Positions 9,326-17,529 are shown, counted from the stretch's first letter. The stretch: 24,000 nt of DNA from Euzebyales bacterium (GCA_013695145.1 JACDBB010000222.1:1-24000); one strand, 5' to 3'. Notes: generated by a model not told the origin, from the sequence alone. Numbers and translations: made by a program.

Positions 9326-10250
9326 GTGAGGGAAGAGATCCTATGTGGGGACGGCCTGCCGGGAGACGAGGACCGGATGGTGCTGCGCCCCGTGGAGTCG
9401 ATCGTGAGCCTGAGCCAGTTGGCGGAATACAGCAGGTCAACCGTGCTGGCACCAACCTTTGTACCGCCGTCGCTGTCTCCACCTCGCATGTGGCTCGCCG
9501 AGGAGAACGGCGTTGAGCATTACGGCATTGCATGGAACGATCCGGGCGCTGAGGTCTGGCTTAGAGGCCGCGCCAATAGGTGACCCGGCTCGCGCGCACC
9601 AGGCGGCGCCTGGCGGCGTTGGGCTCGTCGCAAGTAGGCCCACTACGAGCTTCCTCGCCCGCCTTGCCATGCATCCACCTGGAGCACGCTCCCTGATCGA
9701 GCCACCTATTGGCGCGGCCTCTTAGCGTTCGGGGAAGTGAACCGCGCAAAGACTCAGAACGTGAGGTTCCAACAGACGCCATCCCAGTGCCCGGAGCGCC
9801 GTGGCCTACGATGCTGTCCCAGTCGCCGGGTGAGCATCGCGCTGACTTGGCTGGACCCGGCGGAGTGGAAGTGGCTATCACGTGTGATGGACTCTCGGAG
9901 CGCGATTTCGCAGCGGTGGTTGGCAGCGTGGGGCGTCGTCGGCTCGACGGCGAGCTAGCTCCGGAGGAACGGAGAGCTGCTGGTCGGGTGGTGCTCGCAA
10001 TGGTTGGATCTGCGTCTCCAACCGCGACGGCGAGCCACGGAAGTTGGACGTATCACCATCTATACTTAGACTATCAAGGTACTTCCGAGGTAGCGGGGTT
10101 GATGGCGGTCGGTGCATTGGTGGTCGTGTTGCTGAGATGGGAAAGAGTCTCGGGTCGGAGTCTTCTCATCGCGGCGGGGTTGCTACTGGCGGCGCTTGCT
10201 CCGGTGGTGTTTCAACTTGAGGGCGGGCGGTCTGAATGGTTCAGTCAGGG
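9326..10250 (+). pseudogene. Disrupted ORF (tentatively DUF4367-like domain followed by hydrophobic segments), split by a MITE-like insertion and running into the S8 remnant out of frame
   Basis: ORF 9326-9583 ends in a stop inside the left inverted repeat. ORF 9709-... continues in another frame. Deleting 161 bp (element plus one CTTAG) joins them in frame: ...NDPGAEVWL|SVRGSEPRK.... The pattern VLAPTFVPPSLSP ... VEVAITCDGLSERDFAAVVGSV resembles DUF4367-type domains, by memory only. Codon usage is atypical for the window (TTA, CTA, TAT, AGT, AGA) and GC is lower. Confidence 0.4.
9565..9720. mobile_element. 156-bp MITE-like non-autonomous element with 18-bp perfect terminal inverted repeats and a 5-bp target duplication
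   Basis: The left TIR is AGGCCGCGCCAATAGGTG (9565-9582). The right TIR is CACCTATTGGCGCGGCCT (9703-9720), its exact reverse complement. The element is flanked by CTTAG at 9560-9564 and at 9721-9725. It has no coding capacity, and its interior contains short palindromes (CAGGCG-G-CGCCTG). Confidence 0.6.
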
Positions 10251-10254
10251 ACGC

Positions 10255-10670
10255 GCGCCGGTGTCACTTGGCCGACACCGCGGGGCAGCGCAGCCGCCGG
10301 GAACCGGGCCGACGACCTCGAGGAGTACCCCGCGCGGTTCGACGGGGTGGTCGCGGTCGCGGCGGTCGACGACGATGACAGGGCCGCGCCGTTCACCAGC
10401 GACGGCGACTGGATCGACCTGGCCGCGCCCGGGGTCGAACTGCTCGGACCCTACCCGGACGGTGGCTGGGCGGGCTGGAGCGGCACGTCGATGGCCGCGC
10501 CGCTCGTGTCGGGTCAGGCGGCCCTCCTCCGCTCGCTGGCCCCCTCGAAGAGCGCGCACGACATCGTCGACCTGATCGACGAGACCACCGTCGAGGTGAC
10601 CCGCGCCGGCAGCGCCATCGGCGTGGGTCGCATCGATGTCGCCGCGAGTATCGCGGCCGCAGCGCCCTGA
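10255..10670 (+). pseudogene. 3' remnant of a subtilisin-like (S8) serine protease gene
   Basis: The translation ...GSAAAGNRADDLEEYPARFDGVVAVAAVDDDDRAAPFTSDGDWIDLAAPGVELLGPYPDGGWAGWSGTSMAAPLVSGQAALLRS... retains the oxyanion Asn (AAGN) and catalytic Ser (GTSMAAP) regions. The Asp and His catalytic regions and any signal peptide are absent. Homology begins where GC rises sharply at ~10250. Confidence 0.65.
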
Positions 10671-10682
10671 GCGCCCCCCGGA

Positions 10683-10922
10683 TCAGGAGCCAGGCGCGGC
10701 GCGCGCGTGTCGGCAGCCGAGGGCGTTGAGCACATCGGCGACGATGCCGTCGATCCCGCTCCAGTGCGTACGCCACCCCAGCATGTCGGGCGCGAGCGCG
10801 CCGTCCAACGTCGGCGCGTCGTGGCGCGGTTCGGCCGGCGGGATGGTGACGACCGCGGTCACCCGGGCCGCACCAGCCACCACATCGGCGATCTCGGTGC
10901 CGCGACCGGCGCATGATGTCAC
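10683..10922 (-). pseudogene. Probable 3' remnant of an NAD-dependent epimerase/dehydratase (SDR) gene
   Basis: The 79-aa ORF ...GRGTEIADVVAGAARVTAVVTIPPAEPRHDAPTLDGALAPDMLGWRTHWSGIDGIVADVLNAL matches the C-terminal pattern of extended SDRs (D..k....LGW.P....eGi). There is no room for the ~230 N-terminal residues before the NUDIX gene at 11053. Confidence 0.4.
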
Positions 10923-11052
10923 TGTGAGATCCGTCTGAAGGCCGCTTCAGGTACCTCTCGGGCCAGAACGGGACGGTGAACATTTCAGCGCTCGGCATCG
11001 GAGGTGCTTGCGCGCGAGGCGGCGCATCATCGGATGGTGTCTCCCGCCGTCC

Positions 11053-11985
11053 TCAGCCTGACCGCCGGGCGAGGCTGTGGCGGACCTCGCCGGCGGTGCG
11101 GGGGTTGAGCCGGGTGAGGGCCTCGTCGAGGGGCAGCCAGGCCGCTTCGCTGATCTCGTGGGTGTGCACGGGGGCGGGCGGGTCGCCGCCGCGCGGGGTG
11201 GCCGCGTACAGCAACAGGACCCGGTCGGGCCACGAGTAGGCGAACACGGCCAGCAGGTCGCCGATCTCCACGCGCACGCCGGCCTCCTCCCAGGCCTCCC
11301 GGCGAGCCCCGTCCCGTGGCGCCTCGTCGGCGTCGACGACGCCTCCGGGGATCGTCCACCAGCCCTTGAACGAGTCGTGGACCACCAACAGCCGGCCGAG
11401 GGGGTCGCGGCAGACGACGGCGGCCGCCACGACCTTGAGGGGCAGCGTGGCGAAGAACTCCGTGCTGCGGCCCTCCGGGTCTCGCGGGTTGCGTCCCGCG
11501 ACGACCAGCTCAGGCGCCGCGTCGAGCAGGCCCGGCGAGCGGTCCAGCTCAGTGTGCAGCGCCGAGGGCGCTCCGCGCAGCGCCGCTGCCGCACCCGGCG
11601 CCCACTGCCCCTCGATGGCGAAGCCCCGATGCCCGAGGACGCGGGCCAGCTCCTGCGCATCGAAGGTGCGGCTCGTCTCCGCGGCGCCGTGGGCCTGCGC
11701 CCACCGCCGGCCCGGCACCGCCACCACGAGCTTGCCCCACGGCCGCAGCGCCCTGGCCGCCTGCGCGATCAGCGCCTCGGCGTGGTCGCCGGCCGTCGCG
11801 AGCTCAGCGTCACCCAGCACGAGCGCGTCGGTCTGCCCGTCGGCAAGGTCGGCGACCTCGGCCTGCCGCACGGCGCGTGCCGGCGTGGCCAGCAGCTTGG
11901 CGACGGCCGAAGACGGCGTGGCCACCCGCAATTCGCCATCGACCAGGATCGGGAGCAGCGCTGTCAGCGCCGCGGACGAGCGCAC
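11053..11985 (-). CDS. Fusion protein: degenerate class-I methyltransferase-like N-terminal half plus C-terminal NUDIX hydrolase
   Basis: NUDIX box GGVVDADEAPRDGARREAWEEAGV (Gx5Ex7REUxEExGU). The N-terminal part has an MTase post-motif-I pattern (TDALVLGDAEL...AEALIAQAARALRPWGKLVVAVPG) but I see no GxGxG SAM loop. I placed the start at GTG 11985, 5 nt after the M23 stop. The upstream part of the 442-aa ORF overlaps the M23 gene and was discarded. Confidence 0.7.
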   Translation of the reverse strand: MRSSAALTALLPILVDGELRVATPSSAVAKLLATPARAVRQAEVADLADGQTDALVLGDAELATAGDHAEALIAQAARALRPWGKLVVAVPGRRWAQAHGAAETSRTFDAQELARVLGHRGFAIEGQWAPGAAAALRGAPSALHTELDRSPGLLDAAPELVVAGRNPRDPEGRSTEFFATLPLKVVAAAVVCRDPLGRLLVVHDSFKGWWTIPGGVVDADEAPRDGARREAWEEAGVRVEIGDLLAVFAYSWPDRVLLLYAATPRGGDPPAPVHTHEISEAAWLPLDEALTRLNPRTAGEVRHSLARRSG

Positions 11986-11990
11986 CCGTG

Positions 11991-13286
11991 CTAGCCGCAG
12001 GCGCGTTGCACGTACGGGTAGGGGTTGACGTTGCCGCCGCCCCCGGGCATGACCTCGAAGTGCAGGTGCGGGATGCCCGCGGCGTTCCCCGAGTCGCCGT
12101 TGGAGGCGATGTGCTCTCCGACCGACACCCGCTGGCCGGCCGAGACGCCTCCGACATAGCCCTGGAGGTGGGTGTAGTAGTAGAGGTTCCCGCTGTCGCC
12201 GGCGAGGTACAGCGAGATCCCGCCCAGCCGGTTGGCGTTCGTGCGGGTGATCGTGCCGCTCTCGTAGGCGTAGATGGGCGTGCCCATCGGCGCCATGATG
12301 TCGGTGCCCTTGTGCGCACGCCCGCCCGAGCGTGGCGCCCCCCACGTGTCGCTGTAGCTGCGCGGCTGCCCGACCGGGCACGCGACCCCGCCCGCCGAGG
12401 AGACGGGCTCGGCCTCTGGTTCCGGCTCGGGCTCCGCCGGCGCTGGCTCGGGCTCCGCCGGCGGGGACTCGGGCTCCGCGGCGTCCGCCGCGTCGTCGGC
12501 CGAGGTGGTGTCCGCGTCGGCGGGCGCCTGGTCCGCCGCGTCGGCCTGCCCGGCCTGTGCTGTCTGAGCCTGCCGCTCCTGCTCCTGCTCCTGCACCTGC
12601 TGCTCGCGGCGCTGCCTGGCCGCGCGCTCGCGGTCGAGCTGCTCCTGGCGCTCCCGCTCCCTGCGCTCGCGCTCGAGCCGCTCCGCTTCGATCTGCCCCT
12701 GGATCGAGGCGACCTCGGCCTGGGTCTCACCGAGGACAGCGGCGACCTCTGCCCGGACGCCGTCGAGCTTCGCCCGCTCGCCGTCCAGCTCCACCTTGGT
12801 GGCCGTGACCTCCTCGGCGGTGGCCACCGACCGCACGTACGCGGCGGACGCGCGCTCGAAGTCGGCGCGGCTGCGCAGCGCCAGACCGTTCAGCAGCCGG
12901 GCCTGCTCCTGGGCCTGACCGGCCGAGTCCGCGGCGAGCAGCTCGAACATCGGATCGGCGGTGCCCCGCATGTAGGACTCGCGGACCCGGGCGGCCACCG
13001 CCGACCCGGCGTCCTGGGCGGCTTCCTGCTCCGCCTGCTGCCTGGCCTCCTGCTCCGCCAGCCGAGCCTGGAGCTCGTCCGCCGAGGCCTCGAGCGCGGT
13101 CAGCTCCTGATACAGCCCGTCGAGGCGCTGCTGCACCTCGGCCTCGCGGCGCTGGGCGTCGTCGAGGCGCTGCTCGTTGCTCTGCGCCAGCGCAGGGGCG
13201 GACAGCGTCGCCACCAGGGCAGCGACGATCAGGGCCACGGCGAGCGAGAGGGCACGGCGCCGCGGCAACGCAGGGAGGGCGCGCAT
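11991..13286 (-). CDS. Secreted coiled-coil M23 (LytM-type) metallopeptidase, EnvC/PcsB-like architecture
   Basis: Signal peptide (MRALPALPRRRALSLAVALIVAALVATLSAPALAQ), then ~230 aa of heptad-like Q/E/R/A-rich sequence. An acidic PAEPEP linker follows, encoded partly by a 21-bp tandem unit (~12424-12463). The M23 domain has HKGTD (HxxxD) and HLHFE (HxH). Confidence 0.9.
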   Translation of the reverse strand: MRALPALPRRRALSLAVALIVAALVATLSAPALAQSNEQRLDDAQRREAEVQQRLDGLYQELTALEASADELQARLAEQEARQQAEQEAAQDAGSAVAARVRESYMRGTADPMFELLAADSAGQAQEQARLLNGLALRSRADFERASAAYVRSVATAEEVTATKVELDGERAKLDGVRAEVAAVLGETQAEVASIQGQIEAERLERERRERERQEQLDRERAARQRREQQVQEQEQERQAQTAQAGQADAADQAPADADTTSADDAADAAEPESPPAEPEPAPAEPEPEPEAEPVSSAGGVACPVGQPRSYSDTWGAPRSGGRAHKGTDIMAPMGTPIYAYESGTITRTNANRLGGISLYLAGDSGNLYYYTHLQGYVGGVSAGQRVSVGEHIASNGDSGNAAGIPHLHFEVMPGGGGNVNPYPYVQRACG

Positions 13287-13292
13287 GGCCGC

Positions 13293-13886
13293 TTACCCTA
13301 CCGGCACCTCCTGTGGGGCGCCAGCCCGCATGTCACCGGCTTGTCCGGCATCCGGAAGAACCAGATCGAACGCGTCCGGCTCGTCGCTGGGGAACGGGAA
13401 CGGCGGCTCGGGAAGGGGGCCGTCCTCGGGGCGTGCCGCCATCTCCACCCGCCAGCGTCCCCCCCGCCGGCGCAACTGGACGCCGAGGGCACCGACCCTG
13501 CCACCGCGCCGGACGACCGCGACCGCCTCGTAGCGGTCGCCGGCCACGCGTTCACCCGTCACGGCGATCACACGCCCGGGCCGGGGCTGCGGGCGGACCC
13601 AGACCGCCCGCAGGCGCGCCGCGAGCCGCGCGTCGAGGACCTGCGCGAGCTGCGTCGCCGGCCGCCAGCCGGCCTCCACCTCCAGGTACAGCTGCGCGAA
13701 CCCGCGCACCAGTTGGGCCGGGTCAACGCAGCGGTGCGCATGGCCAGGCGGCTGAGGCCCGCGACCCGCCGGGCCGGCGGGGCCTGTGCCTGGCCGGCCC
13801 GCGGGTCGCACGGACGCCGTTGCCGAGCCGGAGGGTATGGCGGCCACGGCGGTCGTGGAGCGGGTGGGGGCGACAGTCGATGTCAT
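13293..13886 (-). CDS. Rv3235-family protein (conserved actinobacterial protein of unknown function)
   Basis: The 197-aa product contains ...AQLVRGFAQLYLEVEAGWRPATQLAQVLDARLAARL...YEAVAVVRRGGRVGALGVQLRRRGGRWRV..., the pattern I associate with the Rv3235 family usually found near secA. A strong RBS (GAGGAGGAAG) precedes ATG 13886. Confidence 0.65.
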   Translation of the reverse strand: MTSTVAPTRSTTAVAAIPSGSATASVRPAGRPGTGPAGPAGRGPQPPGHAHRCVDPAQLVRGFAQLYLEVEAGWRPATQLAQVLDARLAARLRAVWVRPQPRPGRVIAVTGERVAGDRYEAVAVVRRGGRVGALGVQLRRRGGRWRVEMAARPEDGPLPEPPFPFPSDEPDAFDLVLPDAGQAGDMRAGAPQEVPVG

Positions 13887-13944
13887 GGCTTCCTCCTCAT
13901 CTGGGGGGTCGGCGCTGGCGCGCCTCCCCGGTCAAGCCGTCGGA

Positions 13945-14871
13945 TCAGGGGGTCGGGGTCGGGGTGCCGGCGCCTGCCGGCAGCGTGGGCGACGGTTCGG
14001 GCGGGCTGGTCGCGACCGGCGCGAGCGTCCGGGGCTGACCGAGCACGCGCAGGGGCTCGCGCGCGTCGAGCCACACGTCGAACGGCGCGGACTCGCCCTG
14101 ATCGGTGGCACTGGCCGCGACGCGAGCGCGGAGCACATCGAGCGCGGGGTCCCGGTGCACCGACGCGACCTCGACATCGGCGTAGCCGGCCGCGGCGAGC
14201 GCGGAGGCGACCGCTTTGAGCACGGCGCCGTCTTCGACCGCTGCACCGTCCTGGACGTCTGCGGCCGGGGGCGGCGCGGACAGCGGCCATGGCCTCCCCG
14301 CGGCGCGCGCGCCCTGCGAGCCGTGCACGACCGCGACGCCATAGCGGCGGACCTGCGGGGCCCCCCACGCGTCGCCATCGGCGTCGAGCACCACCGCACG
14401 GACCGTCGCCACGGTCACGCCGGGCAGCTGCTCCACCGCCTCGACGACCGCATGATCGACATACCGCGGGGCGTCGTCCGGCCCGCGGGTGACCGCGGTG
14501 CGGACGGCGATCGTCGCCGCCGCCGCCACCTGCGGGTCGGACGCCGCCGCCAGCTCCCCGTCCGCCACGGCGCCTTCGACCGCAGCGGCCGACGACGGTT
14601 CGCGACCGAACTCTGCGGTCGGCTCAGGGGCGCCGGTGGCGGCTACGGCAGGCGGTTCGACCTGCTCGGCCCCTCCGGTCATGGTCCGAGCGACCAGCAC
14701 GCCCACACCGATCAGGACCCAGGGCACAGCGGCGAGCATCCACAGCCGGCGACGGGAGCGGGCCGGGCGCTGGGCTGCCTGCTCATCCTCGTCCTCGTCG
14801 CGCGCGCCGGGCCCGTGGGGCCCGTCCTCGTCCTCGCCGACGAGCCACGCGCCGATCGACCCGTCACTCAT
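13945..14871 (-). CDS. Single-pass membrane protein of unknown function (acidic N-terminal tail, extracytoplasmic Ala/Val-rich domain, Pro/Thr tail)
   Basis: ATG 14871 is preceded by GAGGTG. The product has MSDGSIGAWLVGEDEDGPHGPGARDEDEDE..., one TM segment (LWMLAAVPWVLIGVGVLVA), and ends ...SPPEPSPTLPAGAGTPTPTP. It is the first gene of a tightly spaced minus-strand cluster. Confidence 0.6.
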   Translation of the reverse strand: MSDGSIGAWLVGEDEDGPHGPGARDEDEDEQAAQRPARSRRRLWMLAAVPWVLIGVGVLVARTMTGGAEQVEPPAVAATGAPEPTAEFGREPSSAAAVEGAVADGELAAASDPQVAAAATIAVRTAVTRGPDDAPRYVDHAVVEAVEQLPGVTVATVRAVVLDADGDAWGAPQVRRYGVAVVHGSQGARAAGRPWPLSAPPPAADVQDGAAVEDGAVLKAVASALAAAGYADVEVASVHRDPALDVLRARVAASATDQGESAPFDVWLDAREPLRVLGQPRTLAPVATSPPEPSPTLPAGAGTPTPTP

Positions 14872-14977
14872 AGCGCACCTCGCTGAGATGGACAACGAAT
14901 CGAAGTTGTACGTCAAGCGACAAGAAAGGTCAACGTGGTTTTAGATTGTTCTGTGGGAAGGCGCCGGGAAGGCTGGC

Positions 14978-14983
14978 TAGACT
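14978..14983 (+). promoter_or_regulatory. -10-like hexamer TAGACT 7 nt upstream of the sigH ATG (leaderless-type arrangement)
   Basis: The sequence reads TAGACT-cacgctc-ATG(14991), with no SD in between. GGGAAG lies 17 nt upstream (14955-14960), and GGGAAGGC occurs twice (14955-14962 and 14966-14973). Confidence 0.3.
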
Positions 14984-14990
14984 CACGCTC

Positions 14991-15686
14991 ATGGGCGAGG
15001 CTGAGCGCAGCGAGCTGGAGGACACCGAGCGGGTGGCGACACCAGGGACCGGCTCGCCGCCGACGACGCGGCAGGAGCTCACGGACGCCGAGCGGCGGGA
15101 CACCTTCAGCCGCGACGCGCTGCCCTATCTCGACCAGCTGTACTCCGCGGCCCTGCGGTACACCCGCAACCCGGCGGATGCCGAGGACCTCGTGCAGGAG
15201 GCCTTCGCCAAGGCCTACGCCGCGTTCCACCAGTACCGCCCTGGCACCAACCTGCGGGCGTGGCTGTACCGCATCCTGACGAACACCTACATCAACGCCT
15301 ACCGCAAGGAGCAGCGACGCCCCGACGAGGTGTCGGCCGACGTCACCAGCGCCGACGGCGGGGAGTTCTCCCTCTATGACCGCATCAGTGAGACCACGGC
15401 GCGTCCCGCGGAGGTCGAGGTCCTGGAGCGCCTCACGGCCGACGAGGTGAAGCAGGCGCTGGCCGATCTGCCCGAGCAGTTCCGCATGGCGGTGTACCTC
15501 GCTGATGTCGAGGGATTCAGCTACGCCGAGATCGCTGAGATCATGGGCTCACCGATCGGCACCGTGATGAGCCGGCTGCACCGGGGAAGAGCCGCGCTTC
15601 ACCGCGCGTTGTACGACTACGCGGCCGACCGTGGCCTGGTGCCTGCGGCCGGTGGCGCTCACGTGACGACCGACGGGAGTGCGTAG
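14991..15686 (+). CDS. sigH: ECF sigma factor, SigH/SigR type
   Basis: Close to M. tuberculosis SigH as I recall it: ...[41 protein letters not shown]...[20 protein letters not shown]...[41 protein letters not shown]. It is followed immediately by a ZAS anti-sigma gene. Confidence 0.9.
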   Translation: MGEAERSELEDTERVATPGTGSPPTTRQELTDAERRDTFSRDALPYLDQLYSAALRYTRNPADAEDLVQEAFAKAYAAFHQYRPGTNLRAWLYRILTNTYINAYRKEQRRPDEVSADVTSADGGEFSLYDRISETTARPAEVEVLERLTADEVKQALADLPEQFRMAVYLADVEGFSYAEIAEIMGSPIGTVMSRLHRGRAALHRALYDYAADRGLVPAAGGAHVTTDGSA

Positions 15687-15917
15687 ATGCCGGGAGACGA
15701 TTGCCGCGAGGCCCTGGAACAGCTGCACACCTATCTCGACCACGAGTGTGGCGCTGATCTCGAGCAGGCCATCCGAGCGCACCTCGGTGACTGTCCGCCC
15801 TGCCTCGACCGCGCCGACTTCGAGCAGCAGCTGCGCGCGATCGTCGCCAGGAAGTGCAAGGATGCGGCCCCCTCCGGGTTGCTGGATCGCGTGATCGCCG
15901 ATCTCAAGGAGACGTGA
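15687..15917 (+). CDS. rshA: Zinc-associated (ZAS) redox-sensing anti-sigma factor, RshA/RsrA type
   Basis: The 76-aa product has an N-terminal Cys (DDCREAL) and the HxxxCxxC motif (HLGDCPPC). ATG 15687 directly abuts the sigH TAG (15684-15686). Confidence 0.88.
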   Translation: MPGDDCREALEQLHTYLDHECGADLEQAIRAHLGDCPPCLDRADFEQQLRAIVARKCKDAAPSGLLDRVIADLKET

Positions 15918-15967
15918 CGCGCCGAGGGCGCCCGGCCCGACGCTCCTGACGAAGGGCTGATGCGCAC

Positions 15968-16909
15968 ATGCGCGTGCTCGTGACCGGCGGTGCCGGGTTC
16001 ATCGGTTCGCACCTCGTGGACCGTCTGCTGGCCGAGGGCAACGAGGTGACCGTCGTCGACGATCTGTCGACCGGCAACCTGTTCAACCTGCAGGGCGCCC
16101 GCCGTGACCCGGATCTGCCCCTGTCGTTCCAGCGGCTGGACATCATCTCGACGGGGCTCGAACGCGCGGTGGCCAAGGCCGGACCCGAGGTCGTGTGCCA
16201 CCTGGCGGCACAGATCGACGTGCGCAACAGCGTGGCCGACCCGGTGCGTGACGCGATGATCAATGTCATCGGCACCGTGCAGCTGCTGGAGGCGTGTCGT
16301 CACCACGACGTGCGCAAGGTGGTCTTCACGACCTCGGGCGGGTGCATATACGGCGAGCCGACCGCCGCCCAGCTGCCGGTCGCCGAGGATCACCCCGGTC
16401 ACCCGCACTCACCCTACGGGGCCAGCAAGCGCGGCGTCGAGGAGTACCTGCACGCCTTCCATGCGCTGTACGGCTTGCGGTGGTCCTCCTTGGCGCTCGC
16501 CAACGTCTACGGGCCGCGCCAGGACCCTGCCGGCGAAGCGGGCGTCGTGTCGATCTTCGGCGGGCGGATGCTCGCCGACCGCGACGTGACGATCTACTCA
16601 GACGGCGGGCAGACACGCGACTTCGTCTACGTCGCCGACGTCGTGGACGCGTTCATGGCCGCGCTGCACCGCGGCGACAACCAGCGCCTCAACATTGGCA
16701 CGGGGCGGGAGACCAGCGTCAGCGAGCTGTTCGCGGCTCTCGCCGACATCACTGGCTACGCCAAGCCCGCTATCCATGCGGCGCCCCGCCCCGGCGAGCT
16801 CCAGCGCATCGCGCTGGACAACGGCAGGGCGGCCGAGCGGCTGGGGTGGCGGCCGGCGACCGCACTGCGCGAAGGGCTCTCCGCGACGCTCGACTGGCTC
16901 CGCGGCTAG
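15968..16909 (+). CDS. NAD-dependent epimerase/dehydratase (GalE-like extended SDR)
   Basis: MRVLVTGGAGFIGSHLVDRL (TGxxGxxG), catalytic YGASK, 313 aa. Its stop overlaps the convergent DUF5317-like gene stop in the palindrome CTAG (16906-16909). Confidence 0.88.
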   Translation: MRVLVTGGAGFIGSHLVDRLLAEGNEVTVVDDLSTGNLFNLQGARRDPDLPLSFQRLDIISTGLERAVAKAGPEVVCHLAAQIDVRNSVADPVRDAMINVIGTVQLLEACRHHDVRKVVFTTSGGCIYGEPTAAQLPVAEDHPGHPHSPYGASKRGVEEYLHAFHALYGLRWSSLALANVYGPRQDPAGEAGVVSIFGGRMLADRDVTIYSDGGQTRDFVYVADVVDAFMAALHRGDNQRLNIGTGRETSVSELFAALADITGYAKPAIHAAPRPGELQRIALDNGRAAERLGWRPATALREGLSATLDWLRG

Positions 16910-17508
16910 TGCTGCTTGCGGTCGCGGGCGAGCCCTCGCGGGCCAGGCGCCGGCTTCCAGCGCGCGCGGCGGCCGGAGGGCCGGGGATGGCGGCGCATCT
17001 GCCCGACGACGAGGACGCCGATCCCGGCCGCCAGCACAAGATCCCCCACGCTGATGACCGTTCGCAGCAGGGGCACTGCGATCACATCTGCCAGCGCCGG
17101 TAGCACGTCCGCCTCGGTGAGGAGCCGGTGCTTGCCCGGCTCGGCGATCGTCGCGGTAGCGCCGCCCACGGCGCGCAGCGCGTCCGCCGAGACCGGCATC
17201 CCCCCGTTCGGGATGATGACCAGGGCGTTGAGGCCCAGCCCGAGCAGCACCAGCGGCATCCCGGGAAGGTAGCGGTTGGCGGCGACGAACCCGACCACGG
17301 CTAGCTGGGACGCGGCCAGGAGCGGGGTGGCCAAGGCGTCCACAGGACCGCCGCGCGCGCCGACGAGGCCCAGTGACAGCTGGAGGCCCACCGCCGCGAA
17401 CACCAGCCAGGTGGCGCGCAGTCGTACCCGCGCCAGGTTTCGCACCGAACCGCCGAGCGCCCAGCCAGCCAGGACAGCGCAGACCAGCATAACCACGACG
17501 AGGACCAT
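16906..17508 (-). CDS. DUF5317-like integral membrane protein
   Basis: The C-terminal 200 aa of the 311-aa ORF are strongly hydrophobic (MVLVVVMLVCAVLAGWALGGSVRNLARVRLRATWLVFAAVGLQLSL...IIPNGGMPVS...). The alternative start ATG 17529 adds 7 aa. The upstream part of the ORF covers the tandem repeat and the dioxygenase and was discarded. Confidence 0.65.
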   Translation of the reverse strand: MVLVVVMLVCAVLAGWALGGSVRNLARVRLRATWLVFAAVGLQLSLGLVGARGGPVDALATPLLAASQLAVVGFVAANRYLPGMPLVLLGLGLNALVIIPNGGMPVSADALRAVGGATATIAEPGKHRLLTEADVLPALADVIAVPLLRTVISVGDLVLAAGIGVLVVGQMRRHPRPSGRRARWKPAPGPRGLARDRKQH

Positions 17509-17523
17509 GCTGACATGGTGGCA

Positions 17524-17529
17524 TAGCAT
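17524..17529 (+). promoter_or_regulatory. -10-like hexamer TAGCAT 6 nt upstream of the first dioxygenase ATG (leaderless-type arrangement)
   Basis: The sequence reads TAGCAT-gagtgg-ATG(17536), with no SD. The hexamer overlaps the alternative start codon of the divergent membrane-protein gene. Confidence 0.3.

Noticed and set aside
6315-9533. 1072-aa ORF antisense to secA
   Set aside because: Arg/Ala/Gly/Leu-rich low-complexity translation, typical of the antisense frame of a high-GC gene. secA on the plus strand is unambiguous.
10935-10950. Hairpin CTGAAG-gccg-CTTCAG as a terminator of the NUDIX gene
   Set aside because: The stem is only 6 bp, it lies ~100 nt beyond the stop, and there is no U-tract. 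That is too weak to call.
11877-14219. 780-aa plus-strand ORF
   Set aside because: It lies antisense to the M23, Rv3235-family and membrane-protein genes, and its Arg/Leu/Gly-rich translation has no motifs.
14872-14990. SigH/SigR-type autoregulatory promoter (GGAAT-N18-GTT) upstream of sigH; I also tested the GGAAT at 18640-18644 and at 23114-23118
   Set aside because: I checked each GGAA(G/T) and each GTT. None has the partner element at 16-19-nt spacing.
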